64,000 bases of DNA from Candidatus Magasanikiibacteriota bacterium (GTDB taxonomy: Bacteria; Patescibacteriota; Patescibacteriia; Magasanikbacterales; UBA922): assembly GCA_052033375.1 (NCBI GenBank), contig JBPOJQ010000006.1:24791-88790 (forward strand). Reading direction: 5' to 3'. The position numbers and the translations under genes are program-made. Positions 51,368 to 59,974 of the stretch are shown here, piece after piece (the stretch's first letter is position 1; every line of letters starts with the position of its first letter). Below the pieces are notes generated by a model that was given only the letters and a program-made list of their open reading frames with translations, did no database searches and was not told the origin of the DNA.

Positions 51368-51473
51368 AGAGATAATATGCAGTGGGTGTTGGAAAGACGC
51401 GTACGGTCCCCCCGAGACACCCACCACTCTGACATGTACCGCACTACTCCACGCGCTCATCAGCGCGAGAATA

Positions 51474-51608
51474 CTACGGAGAATCGTTAATCAACAGCGT
51501 ATACAGGAGTACGACTTCTGCAACGCGGTCGATGAGCCGGACCAACACAGCGCAGGGTCCGCCACGGAGTTGCTGACTCAGGGCGACCAGCGCTTCGATG
51601 AACGACAT
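51474..51608 (-). CDS. Orphan 44-aa hydrophobic peptide
   Basis: AAGGGGG SD before the ATG; follows the 51622-51867 ORF. Confidence 0.4.
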   Translation of the reverse strand: MSFIEALVALSQQLRGGPCAVLVRLIDRVAEVVLLYTLLINDSP

Positions 51609-51621
51609 GAGAACCCCCTTG

Positions 51622-51867
51622 TTACAGAACCACTTCCATGAAGAGTCCTTCGACCATCTCGACGACCTCCGCCCAGAACTGGACGAGGCTCTCGACGAGA
51701 TTCGCCAGGAATTTCGGATGAGTGACATCCGATTTCAGGCGACCGAGGTCGACACCGAGCTGACCGATGATGGTCGCACCCGCACGAAGCAGGCAGACCG
51801 GGATCTCGGAGAGAGCCGCGATCATGCGATCAGTCGTGTCCATATCTTCCACCGCTCCAATTGCCAT
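51622..51867 (-). CDS. Orphan 81-aa protein (GC-rich)
   Basis: GAGGAG SD; GC-ending codon bias. Confidence 0.5.
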   Translation of the reverse strand: MAIGAVEDMDTTDRMIAALSEIPVCLLRAGATIIGQLGVDLGRLKSDVTHPKFLANLVESLVQFWAEVVEMVEGLFMEVVL

Positions 51868-52018
51868 GTTTTTCACTCCTCTCACCAAGACTTATTTCTT
51901 GCTTGGTTTGCATCTATAAAGAAAAATTCTTTGCAGATGTAAACCAAATATACCTTGATTGCCCGGGGTGCGCCTTTTGCTAAGCACATGCCCCGGACAA
52001 TCGTTTCACCCCCTTGCA

Positions 52019-52372
52019 TCACGCAAGAACCTTCCCAGCACTCTTGCGAATGAATGCTCCAGGATTGACCACCCTCTCCTCGAGCTCAAGCGTGAGTTGC
52101 ACGTACTTGATCAGGGCATCAGCCTGAACAGCCGTCGACGCGATGATCTGTTCCCCGACGGGTGGATCCAATATGATGAGGGATCGGCCGTCAGCCATGA
52201 TCTTGAAGTTCACGGTGTAGATCTGGCCTGCAGGAGACCTGTACTCATACACCGTAGTAATCGGATCTTGCGGACGCTTTTGCGGCACCTCTGTTGAAGA
52301 AATGCGTTTACCAGGAGACCTGAACAGCTTCCCCAGCTGTTCACCGTACACATTCACCATCTCTGATTTCAT
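52019..52372 (-). CDS. Orphan 117-aa protein (GC-rich)
   Basis: GAGG SD, upstream TTGACA-N18-TATTAT, downstream hairpins. Confidence 0.55.
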   Translation of the reverse strand: MKSEMVNVYGEQLGKLFRSPGKRISSTEVPQKRPQDPITTVYEYRSPAGQIYTVNFKIMADGRSLIILDPPVGEQIIASTAVQADALIKYVQLTLELEERVVNPGAFIRKSAGKVLA

Positions 52373-52534
52373 AAAACCTCTTGGTTGCACAGGTTTTGTC
52401 TATGGGCTATCCACCTCTCGGTTCTAAGACCAAAAGACATAGGATAATATCCCATTTCCAGACTCTTTGTCAAGATTAGTGAAATTATCCACAGAATATC
52501 AAAAAAAGGCTATTTTAACAAGAATTACACTCAT

Positions 52535-52562
52535 TTGACATCACGCGGACACTTGATACAAT
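52535..52562 (+). promoter_or_regulatory. sigma70 promoter of the cobalamin-riboswitch operon
   Basis: TTGACA-N16-TACAAT with extended TGn. Confidence 0.7.
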
Positions 52563-52585
52563 TCTATTGTCATTTACAATTCAAC

Positions 52586-52679
52586 CATATTCTGTGGAAC
52601 TAGGGTGCAATTCCCTGACTGTGCCGCAACGGTATGTCCTAAGCTTGGCGAAGGATGAGAGTCCGATCTTCAGAATATG
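52586..52679 (+). promoter_or_regulatory. Cobalamin riboswitch (compact AdoCbl-variant/class II type)
   Basis: Closing stem CATATTCTG/CAGAATATG; GAACTAGGGTGCAATTCCCTGACTGTGCCGCAACGGTA core; AGTCCGA 3' box; terminator-like hairpin plus T-run at about 52685-52765. Confidence 0.85.
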
Positions 52680-52779
52680 AGTTATCCCGAGCAGGAAGTA
52701 GAAACGCCATATTTTTGGATACCGGCGCATACCCACTTTTATTCCTTTCTCGAGGAATTTTTTTGTCTCAAAATTATCT

Positions 52780-53385
52780 ATGCGTCAAAAAGTACTCTAC
52801 TTTCTCATTACCATCCTCGGTACCGCAACACTCGTGAGCGGATACTCGTTAGTAGAAAGTCAAAAAGTCTTTAAAGTCGAAAGTAAAAAAAACAATTCAA
52901 TTGAACAACAGTACGACGACGATCAACAACCAACGATCAACGATTACAATACTAAAACAAATGCCGAAAAAATCACGGGTTACAAGTTACAGGATGAAAA
53001 ACAAAAGATATCTACTAACACCGCTACAAAACCAGACACTCCTACAACTACTGAAATAAACCAAGCAGAAATATTCAAAACAAAAGTAACACTCCAGATT
53101 AACGGAAAAAGCTTGTATATCCCCTATCAAGAAAACATGTCAGCAGAAAGTGCGATGAAAGATGCCTATTCACGATATCCCGAATCATTCTGGTATGAAA
53201 GTATCGAATACGGCGGAGATCTCGGCACATTTGTGAAATCAATCAATGGTATAGCAGAAAATTATAGAGAAAAAATGCACTGGATACTCTACGTCAACGA
53301 TAAAAAATCAAACAAAGGAATATCAAAACTCAAACTTAACCCAGACGACATAATCATGTGGAACTATGAAAAAGAAATACTCTAG
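52780..53385 (+). CDS. Exported DUF4430 (transcobalamin C-terminal-like) domain protein
   Basis: Signal/TM; GTFVKSINGIAEN...HWILYVNDKKSNKGISKLKLNPDDIIMWNY. Confidence 0.85.
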   Translation: MRQKVLYFLITILGTATLVSGYSLVESQKVFKVESKKNNSIEQQYDDDQQPTINDYNTKTNAEKITGYKLQDEKQKISTNTATKPDTPTTTEINQAEIFKTKVTLQINGKSLYIPYQENMSAESAMKDAYSRYPESFWYESIEYGGDLGTFVKSINGIAENYREKMHWILYVNDKKSNKGISKLKLNPDDIIMWNYEKEIL

Positions 53386-55480
53386 CCTATTTATTATCCT
53401 TGCCCTATCTTTCTCAATAACCGTGTCGGTACATGCAGAAGATGCTGTTCCAGAAATTATACAACCAGAAGTAATTGATACCCCGACGAGCACACCCGAA
53501 GAAGTAACAGAAAATCAACCAGAAATTCCCGAAGAAACTGTTTCAACTTCAACAGAAGATATTGTACTAGAAATACCTCTCGACTTACCATCCACTACAG
53601 CAAAACTATACGCAGTTGCAAATGGCACAACACTATTCGACGATATAGTACATGTCACCGCATGCAAACCATATGAAGCGTCAGTTGAATACACGCTTAA
53701 TGCAAAATGTCTGATTGACCAGGCAGTTGGGCTGACGACAACCTGGAACTCATATGGAACCGATGCATTCCTCAACTCGGTCAATGAATATACCAATGAT
53801 TTTGCTACAAATAATTTCTGGGGATATTTTATTAATCTAGAATACGCATCAGTAGCATTGAACGCATACACACTAACGGAGGGAGATGAGATATTGATCC
53901 AATACAACACCATTCCACTCAAACTTGAAATATCCACCACCACTCCAGTAGTCGGAGATTCAGTCACTCTATCAATATCAGAATTTGGACTGGATGAATT
54001 CTGGAATCCAATCTGGCTTCCCAGCATGAGCTCTACATTTACTATCAATGAAGAAATAACTTTTGTATCAAGCTCAACAGTCGATCTACCTATAACAACA
54101 ACTTCGCCATATACGATTCGTGTTGAAAAAAATGGATACGTCACGCGGGAAATTACGCTCACTCCCGGCGCAGCACCAACACCAATAACTCCCCCAAGTT
54201 CTGGTGGTGGCGGAAGTGGTGGCACTAGTGTACAGAACACTAGTGGTGCAGAGGGTATGATTAATTTTCTTGACGCAAAACAAAATTCAAATGGTTCATT
54301 TGGTACTACCGCATTCTTGAGTGACTGGGCAGCTATTGCCTATGGTGCATGGACTGGTGACTCTCGTGGTGAGTCAAAACTTACCAATTATCTACTCACC
54401 AACCCAAACCCACTTGATGGCCCAAGCGAAACAACGAACTATGCACGACGCGCAATGGCATTGATGGCACTCGGCATAAATCCCTATACTGGCACACAAA
54501 CAAATTATATTAGTGAAATAATAAAAAAATTTGATGGAACACAATTTGGTGAGGCGGGATTAATCAATGATGATTTATTCGCACTCGCTCCCCTACTTCA
54601 TTCGGGATATTCAACGAACGACGCACTCATCGTAAGTACCACCAAATACATTATTGCAAACCAAGATACATACGGTTCATTCGGAAGTATCGACCTTACC
54701 GGAGCTGCAGTGCAGACACTTTCAGAGCTGTCATCTATAGAGGGAGTAAGCGAAGCTCTCACCAAAGCAAAAAATTATCTGACATTAGCACAACAAGCTG
54801 ACGGAGGATTTGGAAATGTATATGCAACTGGGTGGGTCATGCAAGGAATTGCAGCGCTTGGTGAAAATACTACAAATTGGAATAGTAATGGAAACACGCC
54901 AGTAACATATATTGAAAACAAGCAAGCTTCTGATGGTGGAATGCTCGTAGGAGATACTGATGCAAATAGAATCTGGGCAACATCATACGCGCTTCCTGGA
55001 GTATTAGGTAAACCATGGCACACTATTCTCACATCATTCAGTAAGCCTAATAGTAGTACAGGTTCCACAAGTAGTAGTAACACCACGGAATCGACATCGA
55101 GTACCACTACAACTACTTCAACGCCAACCATCATGACTACTCCGACCTCCACACCTACATCTACTACTACAACATCGACAACTACGACTGATAGTGTAAT
55201 TGAAGAACCAATACTGTACACTCACACCGAAGTAACTCAAGAAAACGCTCAAATTCCAACACAACCTAAACCAGTGAAAGCAGTAGTACTCGGTGAGAAA
55301 GAAGAAAATACTGAAATAGCCAATGAACCAATTATCGAGGAAAATATAGAAAACAGCGAGACTGAGGAAGTAAACAATGAAAGGAACGAAAATCTGCAGA
55401 CAAAAAAATACCTATTCATAACTTCGCTTATTATATTCCTCACTCTAATCGGGTACATGGCTTTCAAACATAAATCTTGA
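53366..55480 (+). CDS. Surface protein: DUF4430-like domain, prenyltransferase/squalene-cyclase-like alpha/alpha barrel, Thr-rich stalk, C-terminal TM anchor
   Basis: AFLNSVN...FWGYFIN...ASVALNAYTLTEGDEILIQY; repeated QxxxGxF motifs (QNSNGSFG, QDTYGSFG, QQADGGFG, QASDGGM). Confidence 0.82.
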   Translation: MKKKYSSLFIILALSFSITVSVHAEDAVPEIIQPEVIDTPTSTPEEVTENQPEIPEETVSTSTEDIVLEIPLDLPSTTAKLYAVANGTTLFDDIVHVTACKPYEASVEYTLNAKCLIDQAVGLTTTWNSYGTDAFLNSVNEYTNDFATNNFWGYFINLEYASVALNAYTLTEGDEILIQYNTIPLKLEISTTTPVVGDSVTLSISEFGLDEFWNPIWLPSMSSTFTINEEITFVSSSTVDLPITTTSPYTIRVEKNGYVTREITLTPGAAPTPITPPSSGGGGSGGTSVQNTSGAEGMINFLDAKQNSNGSFGTTAFLSDWAAIAYGAWTGDSRGESKLTNYLLTNPNPLDGPSETTNYARRAMALMALGINPYTGTQTNYISEIIKKFDGTQFGEAGLINDDLFALAPLLHSGYSTNDALIVSTTKYIIANQDTYGSFGSIDLTGAAVQTLSELSSIEGVSEALTKAKNYLTLAQQADGGFGNVYATGWVMQGIAALGENTTNWNSNGNTPVTYIENKQASDGGMLVGDTDANRIWATSYALPGVLGKPWHTILTSFSKPNSSTGSTSSSNTTESTSSTTTTTSTPTIMTTPTSTPTSTTTTSTTTTDSVIEEPILYTHTEVTQENAQIPTQPKPVKAVVLGEKEENTEIANEPIIEENIENSETEEVNNERNENLQTKKYLFITSLIIFLTLIGYMAFKHKS

Positions 55481-55565
55481 TATAATCCACAAGCTCACAG
55501 CACGCTGGATAACCATAATCGCAGTTAATCCTGGTAATCTGTGCTCCAATAACCTACACAAAAAT

Positions 55566-56102
55566 ATGAAAAAATACCTTATCCTAGTTATCGCCTTAGC
55601 AACATACGGTGTCCTAGCGCGTCTCATGCCCCATTCACCGAACTTTGTGCCAATTACCGCTCTCGCACTCGTAGGAGGGCTATATATGCCCCGCAAACTG
55701 GCATATATCGTGCCAATGGCTGCAATGCTCGTAAGTGACCTATTTATCGGCCTGTACCACCCACTAGTTATGGTCTCAGTATACGGGTGTCTCCTACTCA
55801 CCACCTACATGGGTACCTGGGCGAAAAAACATAAAAACTTCGGGACTATCGTTGGGATCACATTCGCAAGCTCAATGCTATTCTACTTCGCAACCAATAC
55901 CATGGTTTGGGCATTTGGAGCGCTCTACCCACGTACACTCACAGGACTTCTCGAAAGTTATACTCTTGCACTCCCCTTCTTTAGAAATAGTCTCTTGAGC
56001 GACTTCTTCTACACTGGAGTATTGGTCGGAGGAATTGAAGCTGTACGATTTTATAGTTCAAAACTAAAAACGCAAAATTCAAAACTGAAACTAGAAATAT
56101 AA
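55566..56102 (+). CDS. DUF6580-type, ECF S-component-like membrane protein, putative cobalamin transporter
   Basis: RLMPHSPNFVPITALAL, LVSDLFIG, FYFATN, YTLALPFFRNSL; about six TM helices; riboswitch context. Confidence 0.8.
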   Translation: MKKYLILVIALATYGVLARLMPHSPNFVPITALALVGGLYMPRKLAYIVPMAAMLVSDLFIGLYHPLVMVSVYGCLLLTTYMGTWAKKHKNFGTIVGITFASSMLFYFATNTMVWAFGALYPRTLTGLLESYTLALPFFRNSLLSDFFYTGVLVGGIEAVRFYSSKLKTQNSKLKLEI

Positions 56103-56114
56103 AACTCTTCATTA

Positions 56115-56141
56115 TGTCATTCCTGCGAAAGCAGGAATCCA
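56115..56141. repeat. REP-like palindrome of the GTCATTCC family
   Basis: TGTCATTCCTGC-GAAA-GCAGGAATCCA. Confidence 0.7.
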
Positions 56142-56368
56142 CTACAAATTAAAAAACCCGGCCAATCCGGGGTTTTTTAATCCTCAATTACTTCGTAGTG
56201 GACAAAATAATATTCGGCTTCGGGGTTTTGTATATATATTCAGTATCTCATTTTCCCCGTCGGCCGCTTTTTTATACCACAGATACTTTTCACAATACAC
56301 AGATTCCACAATACACAAAAGCATCTCATACAACAAAGCGACCATCACAACACTATTTCGCGTTGTGT

Positions 56369-56725
56369 CTAGCGGACAAAAGAAGCCCGCCTTTGAAAGA
56401 ACATCTCATTGCACACAGGACACCGCCTCTCATGCGGGAGTCGGACGAACTCACTGACCCGGATCTCATTGATCCCGACAGACTTCCCACACACAGACGT
56501 CTGGTGCCTGCCGACGTATGCGAGCAGGTGGAAGATACTGATCTCCTGCCCATGGCACATGTCGTCATGGAGGAGCCGGACACAGCGGGGGCACCTCCCC
56601 ACGTCCGGGAGCTGAGCGAACTCACCCAGATCGACGATCGGATCACGATGCGTGGCCCTGCCACACGCATCGCCGAACATGTTGTAGATTCCCCGATGAA
56701 TCCACTGGTATTTCATGTGAATCAT
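56369..56725 (-). CDS. Orphan protein with two tandem His/Cys putative zinc-finger repeats
   Basis: AAGGAG SD, TTGACA-N17-TAGATT promoter; H..CG..EF..LP..RCPxC occurs twice. Confidence 0.65.
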   Translation of the reverse strand: MIHMKYQWIHRGIYNMFGDACGRATHRDPIVDLGEFAQLPDVGRCPRCVRLLHDDMCHGQEISIFHLLAYVGRHQTSVCGKSVGINEIRVSEFVRLPHERRCPVCNEMFFQRRASFVR

Positions 56726-56956
56726 CTCGATTCTCCTTGGCAGCCTCTGATGGCGGGATTGCCAGCTGCGCCAGATGTACATACTATACAGCCAGCGCAG
56801 TAGACAATAGTTGATAGATGAATCTACCAAAAAGACAAACAATTGTCAAGATCTAGGCATAAAGTATGAACTACCACCGGCTGAACGCCGGTGGTTTCGT
56901 TCTGCTGGCTACGCCAGCGCAAGCATTCGTGACTATATGAAGGTATGAGAGTCCAA

Positions 56957-57077
56957 TGGGGGGGTTCGGGGGGGTGAAAACTGTCTGAGCTACGAGAGTA
57001 GAATCATACACTAATCTTAGTGAGGCGAGTTTTTTCACCCCCGAAAGTTTTTGGTACTTTTTGGTTACAAAAAGTAC
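56957..57077. repeat. Palindromic intergenic element
   Basis: TTCGGGGGGGTGAAAA...TTTTCACCCCCGAA followed by GTACTTTTTG-GTTA-CAAAAAGTAC. Confidence 0.6.
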
Positions 57078-57350
57078 GGATAAGGTACTCCGTATTGCTT
57101 TCAAGCTAGATGGTCACCACAGTGTCTATTCTACTCTCCGAAGAAAAGCTAAACGCAATTCCAAGAGCTTCGCGTGTAAACGCACTCACCTGTCTGACGC
57201 TGGTGATTTTTAGGGTAAAAAAATTGAAGACCCTGTACTTGTGGTACAGGGTGCCAGTTAGACGCTAACTGGAAAACGTGTGGCAGGATTGCCGGATCAA
57301 GGACTAAGTTCCAAGGATCCAAAAGAACCCAAGGTTCAAAGTGAAAAGGA

Positions 57351-57968
57351 CTACTTGCGGGGCTGCACGAACACCCAGCGGCTGTCAGGGTCCCAGACGT
57401 AGTCGGGGTAGCCATTGCAGCAGTAGAGCCACAGACCGTCACCGCTGCGCTCGACGTAGAACACGTCCAGGTACCCGCCCGAGTCAGAGATCGGCTCCAT
57501 ACCAATGAGGAGCAACTTGCCCATGGGCTGATCCTTGTACTGCAGGCGCAGCTGGGGACCGACCTCAGCCGGGCAGCGTTCGAGACCGAGCTCGATCGCA
57601 CGCTTGTAGATTTCACGACGCGTGGCACCCTTCGCGAAGCCGAGTTCACCGACCGAGACATTGACCAGGTCGAGTTCGACCTCCTCGGTCGCCACCGTAA
57701 AGGCAGGATTCCCGAGGATATCGGTCGCAACTCCGCCGACCTTCCCGCCCGCCTTCACGATGGCCAGACGGAACTGACGAGCATTCTTCATGCCCGTGCC
57801 GAGCTTGATCGTCTTCCAGACTTTGAAGTCGGATTTTGACGGAGAGAGGCCGGACAGGAATTTCTTGAGCCCATTCGGGTTCTCGATCCAGCCCTGCATG
57901 ACATAGCAAGGCATGTCAGGAAGATTCTCCGCGATCCTCGCGATCAACTTTGCAGTCTGCTTATCCAT
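57351..57968 (-). CDS. GC-rich hypothetical protein resembling CPR DGR target proteins
   Basis: C-terminus VFYVERSGDGLWLYCCNGYPDYVWDPDSRWVF encoded largely by NNC codons; downstream hairpins. Confidence 0.65.
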   Translation of the reverse strand: MDKQTAKLIARIAENLPDMPCYVMQGWIENPNGLKKFLSGLSPSKSDFKVWKTIKLGTGMKNARQFRLAIVKAGGKVGGVATDILGNPAFTVATEEVELDLVNVSVGELGFAKGATRREIYKRAIELGLERCPAEVGPQLRLQYKDQPMGKLLLIGMEPISDSGGYLDVFYVERSGDGLWLYCCNGYPDYVWDPDSRWVFVQPRK

Positions 57969-58237
57969 GGCGGTTTTTCCTATTGGTTTTCGCCATTTAT
58001 CCACGCTAGAGGTCTACCAAGGTTTGTGGTAGTCATAGCTAAAAGATACCGACCAGTCAGTACTTTTTAGTTATGACTACATATTAAAAAGAACTAATGC
58101 AAAATAATGACATAAAAATTCTATTTTGTCAACCCAATCAACCATGCCTATTATAAAATCCCCTCGACTAAGTCGGGGGAATTTTATTTTTACTTCTTAG
58201 CTCACTTAGTAAACGGTGATAACTTGGCCAACTACTT

Positions 58238-59656
58238 TTATCCATACTCTTCCTCATCTGTCACAATCTCCTCACCCGAATCAGTCACAACACGCTTTTT
58301 TTGCCCATTTGCATGAGTCGTAGGAGCTTCGGAAGCAGGCGCAGGTATAAATTCCACCGGCAATCCAGAAGGAGGTTCTGCAGCCTTGTTTGCTGCTTTC
58401 TGAAGCAAAGGTACTTTTACATGAGACATTGGGAAATGCCAAATAGTAGCGAGCTCTTCAATATTCAATACATACGCATGTACTTCAAGATCCATTGAAC
58501 GACTCCGATAGGCTTCAATATATTTTGCTTTTTTCTTATCTGAAGAAGCTTGTGCGCCGACTACAATAGAATTAGCAGTAGGAATATTGAATTGACTCAC
58601 TGATCCGATGAGCGCAGTGACTCCGCGCGAAGGATTAAATACCTCTTTGCGTGCAAGATAGACTGCACGGATATTAGTCTCAAAACCAATTTTTTGTATC
58701 TTTTTTTCCATTGACTCTACCAATTTTACCTGTCCAGGAGTCATATACTTCAATTGATTCTTATCTTTTGACTCTTCATGTTCTTCATGATGAGCACCAC
58801 CCATTCCCGCTATCTGTCTCCCCGCTTCCTGCAGAAGCCCCTTCCCTTCGGTTATAAGAAAATTATCAGTAATAAAACTCAATGGTGACCCATGGCCATG
58901 CCCATGACTATCTTCTTCCCCAATAAATTCTTTAATTTTTGCAATTACTGATTCTTTCCAGGAATTATCTATTGGTCGTACCAAAATCTGAAACCACATC
59001 TGTTCCCCATGCCCAATCCGAGAAAAACTCTCGAGCATCGTACCCATCGGATCCTTCAATACAGTGTCTTTTGAAATACTATGTTCGAATTCTTCATAAC
59101 TCCGAATAGGAAAAGCAGCATTTTCTGCAAGAGCAAAATCAGCAGCCCATACATCATACTCAGCATTGGGAAAACGTGTGGGGGCGGCTGTAGTATAATC
59201 CTCGACTTCAGTAATTTCTGCATCAGGATACTGTGCATAAATCGCTGTCTCAATCAAATCACGATATTGCTCTTCAGTCCATACTAAAAACTGAATGTAC
59301 CCTTCGATACTAATCACTTCAAAGCTAAACCATTTTTGCTTATACCCCTGATAAAATTTTCCTTTCAAATCCGGCTTACTAAATACACCCGCCAAATGAC
59401 TAAAAAGCTGTTCGACCGCTTTTGGAGTCTGTACATTAAGCTGCGGAATATCAATCGCAAGCACGACATATTTCCAATGATGCATTGTCTGATGCACCTT
59501 CATATGATGATAGGTATCAAGAATTTCTTTCAGCAAGAAATTAACGATCGGTACCCAGAGAAAAATAGCAAATAACTGAATAAGGATTATCAACGGTGGC
59601 TGATCGATAAAATCAAGAATTGATGAAAAATTGAAATCAAATAAGCCGAACTCCAT
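58238..59656 (-). CDS. Membrane-anchored protein paralogous to the N-terminal domain of the VirD4-like ATPase
   Basis: FSFEV...AQYPDAEITEVEDY and LNIEELATIWHFP align by eye with ISFEL...AQYPYAHIEEITDY and VNTEEMAGFWHLP of 33287-35863. Confidence 0.8.
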   Translation of the reverse strand: MEFGLFDFNFSSILDFIDQPPLIILIQLFAIFLWVPIVNFLLKEILDTYHHMKVHQTMHHWKYVVLAIDIPQLNVQTPKAVEQLFSHLAGVFSKPDLKGKFYQGYKQKWFSFEVISIEGYIQFLVWTEEQYRDLIETAIYAQYPDAEITEVEDYTTAAPTRFPNAEYDVWAADFALAENAAFPIRSYEEFEHSISKDTVLKDPMGTMLESFSRIGHGEQMWFQILVRPIDNSWKESVIAKIKEFIGEEDSHGHGHGSPLSFITDNFLITEGKGLLQEAGRQIAGMGGAHHEEHEESKDKNQLKYMTPGQVKLVESMEKKIQKIGFETNIRAVYLARKEVFNPSRGVTALIGSVSQFNIPTANSIVVGAQASSDKKKAKYIEAYRSRSMDLEVHAYVLNIEELATIWHFPMSHVKVPLLQKAANKAAEPPSGLPVEFIPAPASEAPTTHANGQKKRVVTDSGEEIVTDEEEYG

Positions 59657-59669
59657 ACAAAATCAAATT

Positions 59670-59852
59670 CTAGTGATGTCCCCCGCCAGAAGAAGGGTTG
59701 ACGAGCTTGTAGACAATCGGATATATCACCAACACCACAACAGCTGAAAGCCACCAGCCGAGTGTTCCTGCGACATACCCCGCAAGAAACACAACAACAA
59801 ACGCAGCAGTAGCTAGAAAAGCGATAATGTGACGAGTAGAATTGTCGGTCAT
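59670..59852 (-). CDS. Small two-TM membrane protein
   Basis: Hydrophobic 60-aa ORF ending GGGHH, directly upstream of 58238-59656. Confidence 0.65.
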   Translation of the reverse strand: MTDNSTRHIIAFLATAAFVVVFLAGYVAGTLGWWLSAVVVLVIYPIVYKLVNPSSGGGHH

Positions 59853-59974
59853 AGAGAATATATTATGAAAAAAGTATAGCACAGATGCATCAAATTCCAA
59901 AATACACTATTCAAATTAAAAACCCCCAGAAACATACATGTATACGGGGGTTTTTATGTATCAATCCTGAGGTA

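Noticed and set aside
55040-55200. ACT/ACA-rich low-complexity repeat
   Set aside because: Explained by the Thr/Ser stalk of the surface protein.
56198-56803. 201-aa plus-strand ORF
   Set aside because: Antisense to the zinc-finger-repeat ORF, which has the promoter, SD and internal repeat; GC-rich DNA often leaves the antisense frame open.
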